A stretch of DNA of 64,000 bases from the human T2T-CHM13v2.0 reference genome, Homo sapiens: the NCBI RefSeq assembly GCF_009914755.1, contig NC_060933.1. The stretch is one strand, 5' to 3'. The notes under the pieces were generated by a model that saw nothing but the letters and a program-made list of their open reading frames with translations, was not told the origin of the DNA and did no database searches. Below are positions 62,751 to 64,000 of the stretch, one piece after another. The position numbers were made by a program, and so were the translations under genes. The stretch's first letter is position 1. Each line of letters starts with the position of its first letter.

Positions 62751-63299
62751 GATATAGGGCAGGAGGCTGGAAGGATTGCCTGTGTGGATTCAGAAGCACT
62801 GAGTTTCCACACTTGGAGATGGAGGGAATGACAGTGAGTTAGGAGCTAAAATCACCAAGAAATGAAGATGCCGACCAGAGCGAAGGTGGTGCTGGTGATT
62901 CTGAGACCAGGAAGCTTACACATGGTAGCTCCCAGGGTGGAGAATGGCCTGGTAGTGTTAGGAAGGAGCCAGGAGGGCCCCAACCCCACCTACAGACCCA
63001 GAGGTAGAGGGATCCTGCGAAAAGATATCTCTACACCCGAAAGCTCCAGGGGAAGCCAGGTTTTCATGAGAGTGCAGCTAGAAGTATGCTTGGAGAAGAA
63101 GAGTCTAATGACAGGGCGGTTGGTGCTGGTGGTGGTTTCTGGAACACAGGATGGGTGGGAGATAGGGTCAGAATCAAGGATGTGCAGAGTCCTGTGGGGC
63201 TTAGATTGTGGCTGACCTGGGATAAAGGCCACCTGTGTTCTGTGTCCATTGTCTTCCATCTCAGTAGCTTGCAATACAGTCTGTCTGTCCCTTGCTTGA

Positions 63300-63482
<183 letters not shown>

Positions 63483-64000
63483 TAATTTTTTTTTTTCTTT
63501 TTGTATTTTTAGTAGAGACGGGGTTTCACCATGTTAGCCAGGATGGACTCGATCTCCTGACCTCGTGATCCGTCCACCTCGGCCTCCCAAAGTGCTGGGA
63601 TTAGAGGTGCGAGCCACCGCGCCCGGTGAAACACCTTCTTTCTGACTTCTGGCATGGCCGACTGCCATTCGGGAGGGCTGTCCACAATCCTTGCCATCCC
63701 ATGGCACCCTTCTCTCTTGTTCGGGAATTCTGCCTGTGCATAGCCTTGGCAGGAAAGTGTCTGGAGCATGGCCAGTTAGACCCACCTCCGGAAACATCGG
63801 AATCCTAAGGGAGTGAGCTGGGCCTGGGGCTTCAGGGCCTCTCCCAGCCTGGCCCGGGGGCCCCTCCAGCCTGTGAGCCCCTTTCTCTTTGCTGGGGTGC
63901 CAGACTCCTCCTCCCTGACCTGTTACCTTCTACCAACTAGGGATGGCAACATTTTAGTGCTTGACTCCCAGGCTCATGCACGGAAGTACTTGGTCCATTG

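Overview
Human (primate) GC- and Alu-rich genomic DNA, recognisable from its proteins as the distal 9q34.3 gene cluster. It holds the 5' part of PNPLA7 (minus strand, 8 coding exons, gene continues past the window start), the complete MRPL41 (+), the complete DPH7/WDR85 (minus, 9 coding exons summing to 1359 nt = 452 aa + stop) and the complete ZMYND19 (minus, 6 coding exons summing to 684 nt = 227 aa + stop). I placed exon borders by hand from GT/AG signals and reading-frame continuity. The last ~13 kb is almost entirely Alu/L1/LTR-derived. Other content: three CpG-island promoters, two solo LTR13 elements with separate 6-bp TSDs, an ERV1-type solo LTR next to the DPH7 promoter, a Y3 RNA retrocopy, an AluYa5, and three minisatellites (53-, 30- and 27-bp units). 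I see no clear evidence of a wholly new gene system. The best leads are: a phage-type HNH nuclease-like module in ZMYND19; two intronic tandem arrays built from 3' splice-site-like units; a CAG-TAG-AAG triple acceptor in DPH7 whose first AG would insert a stop; and a frame-compatible ZMYND19-DPH7 read-through. Most long ORFs in the supplied track are artefacts of repeats, Alus or high GC.
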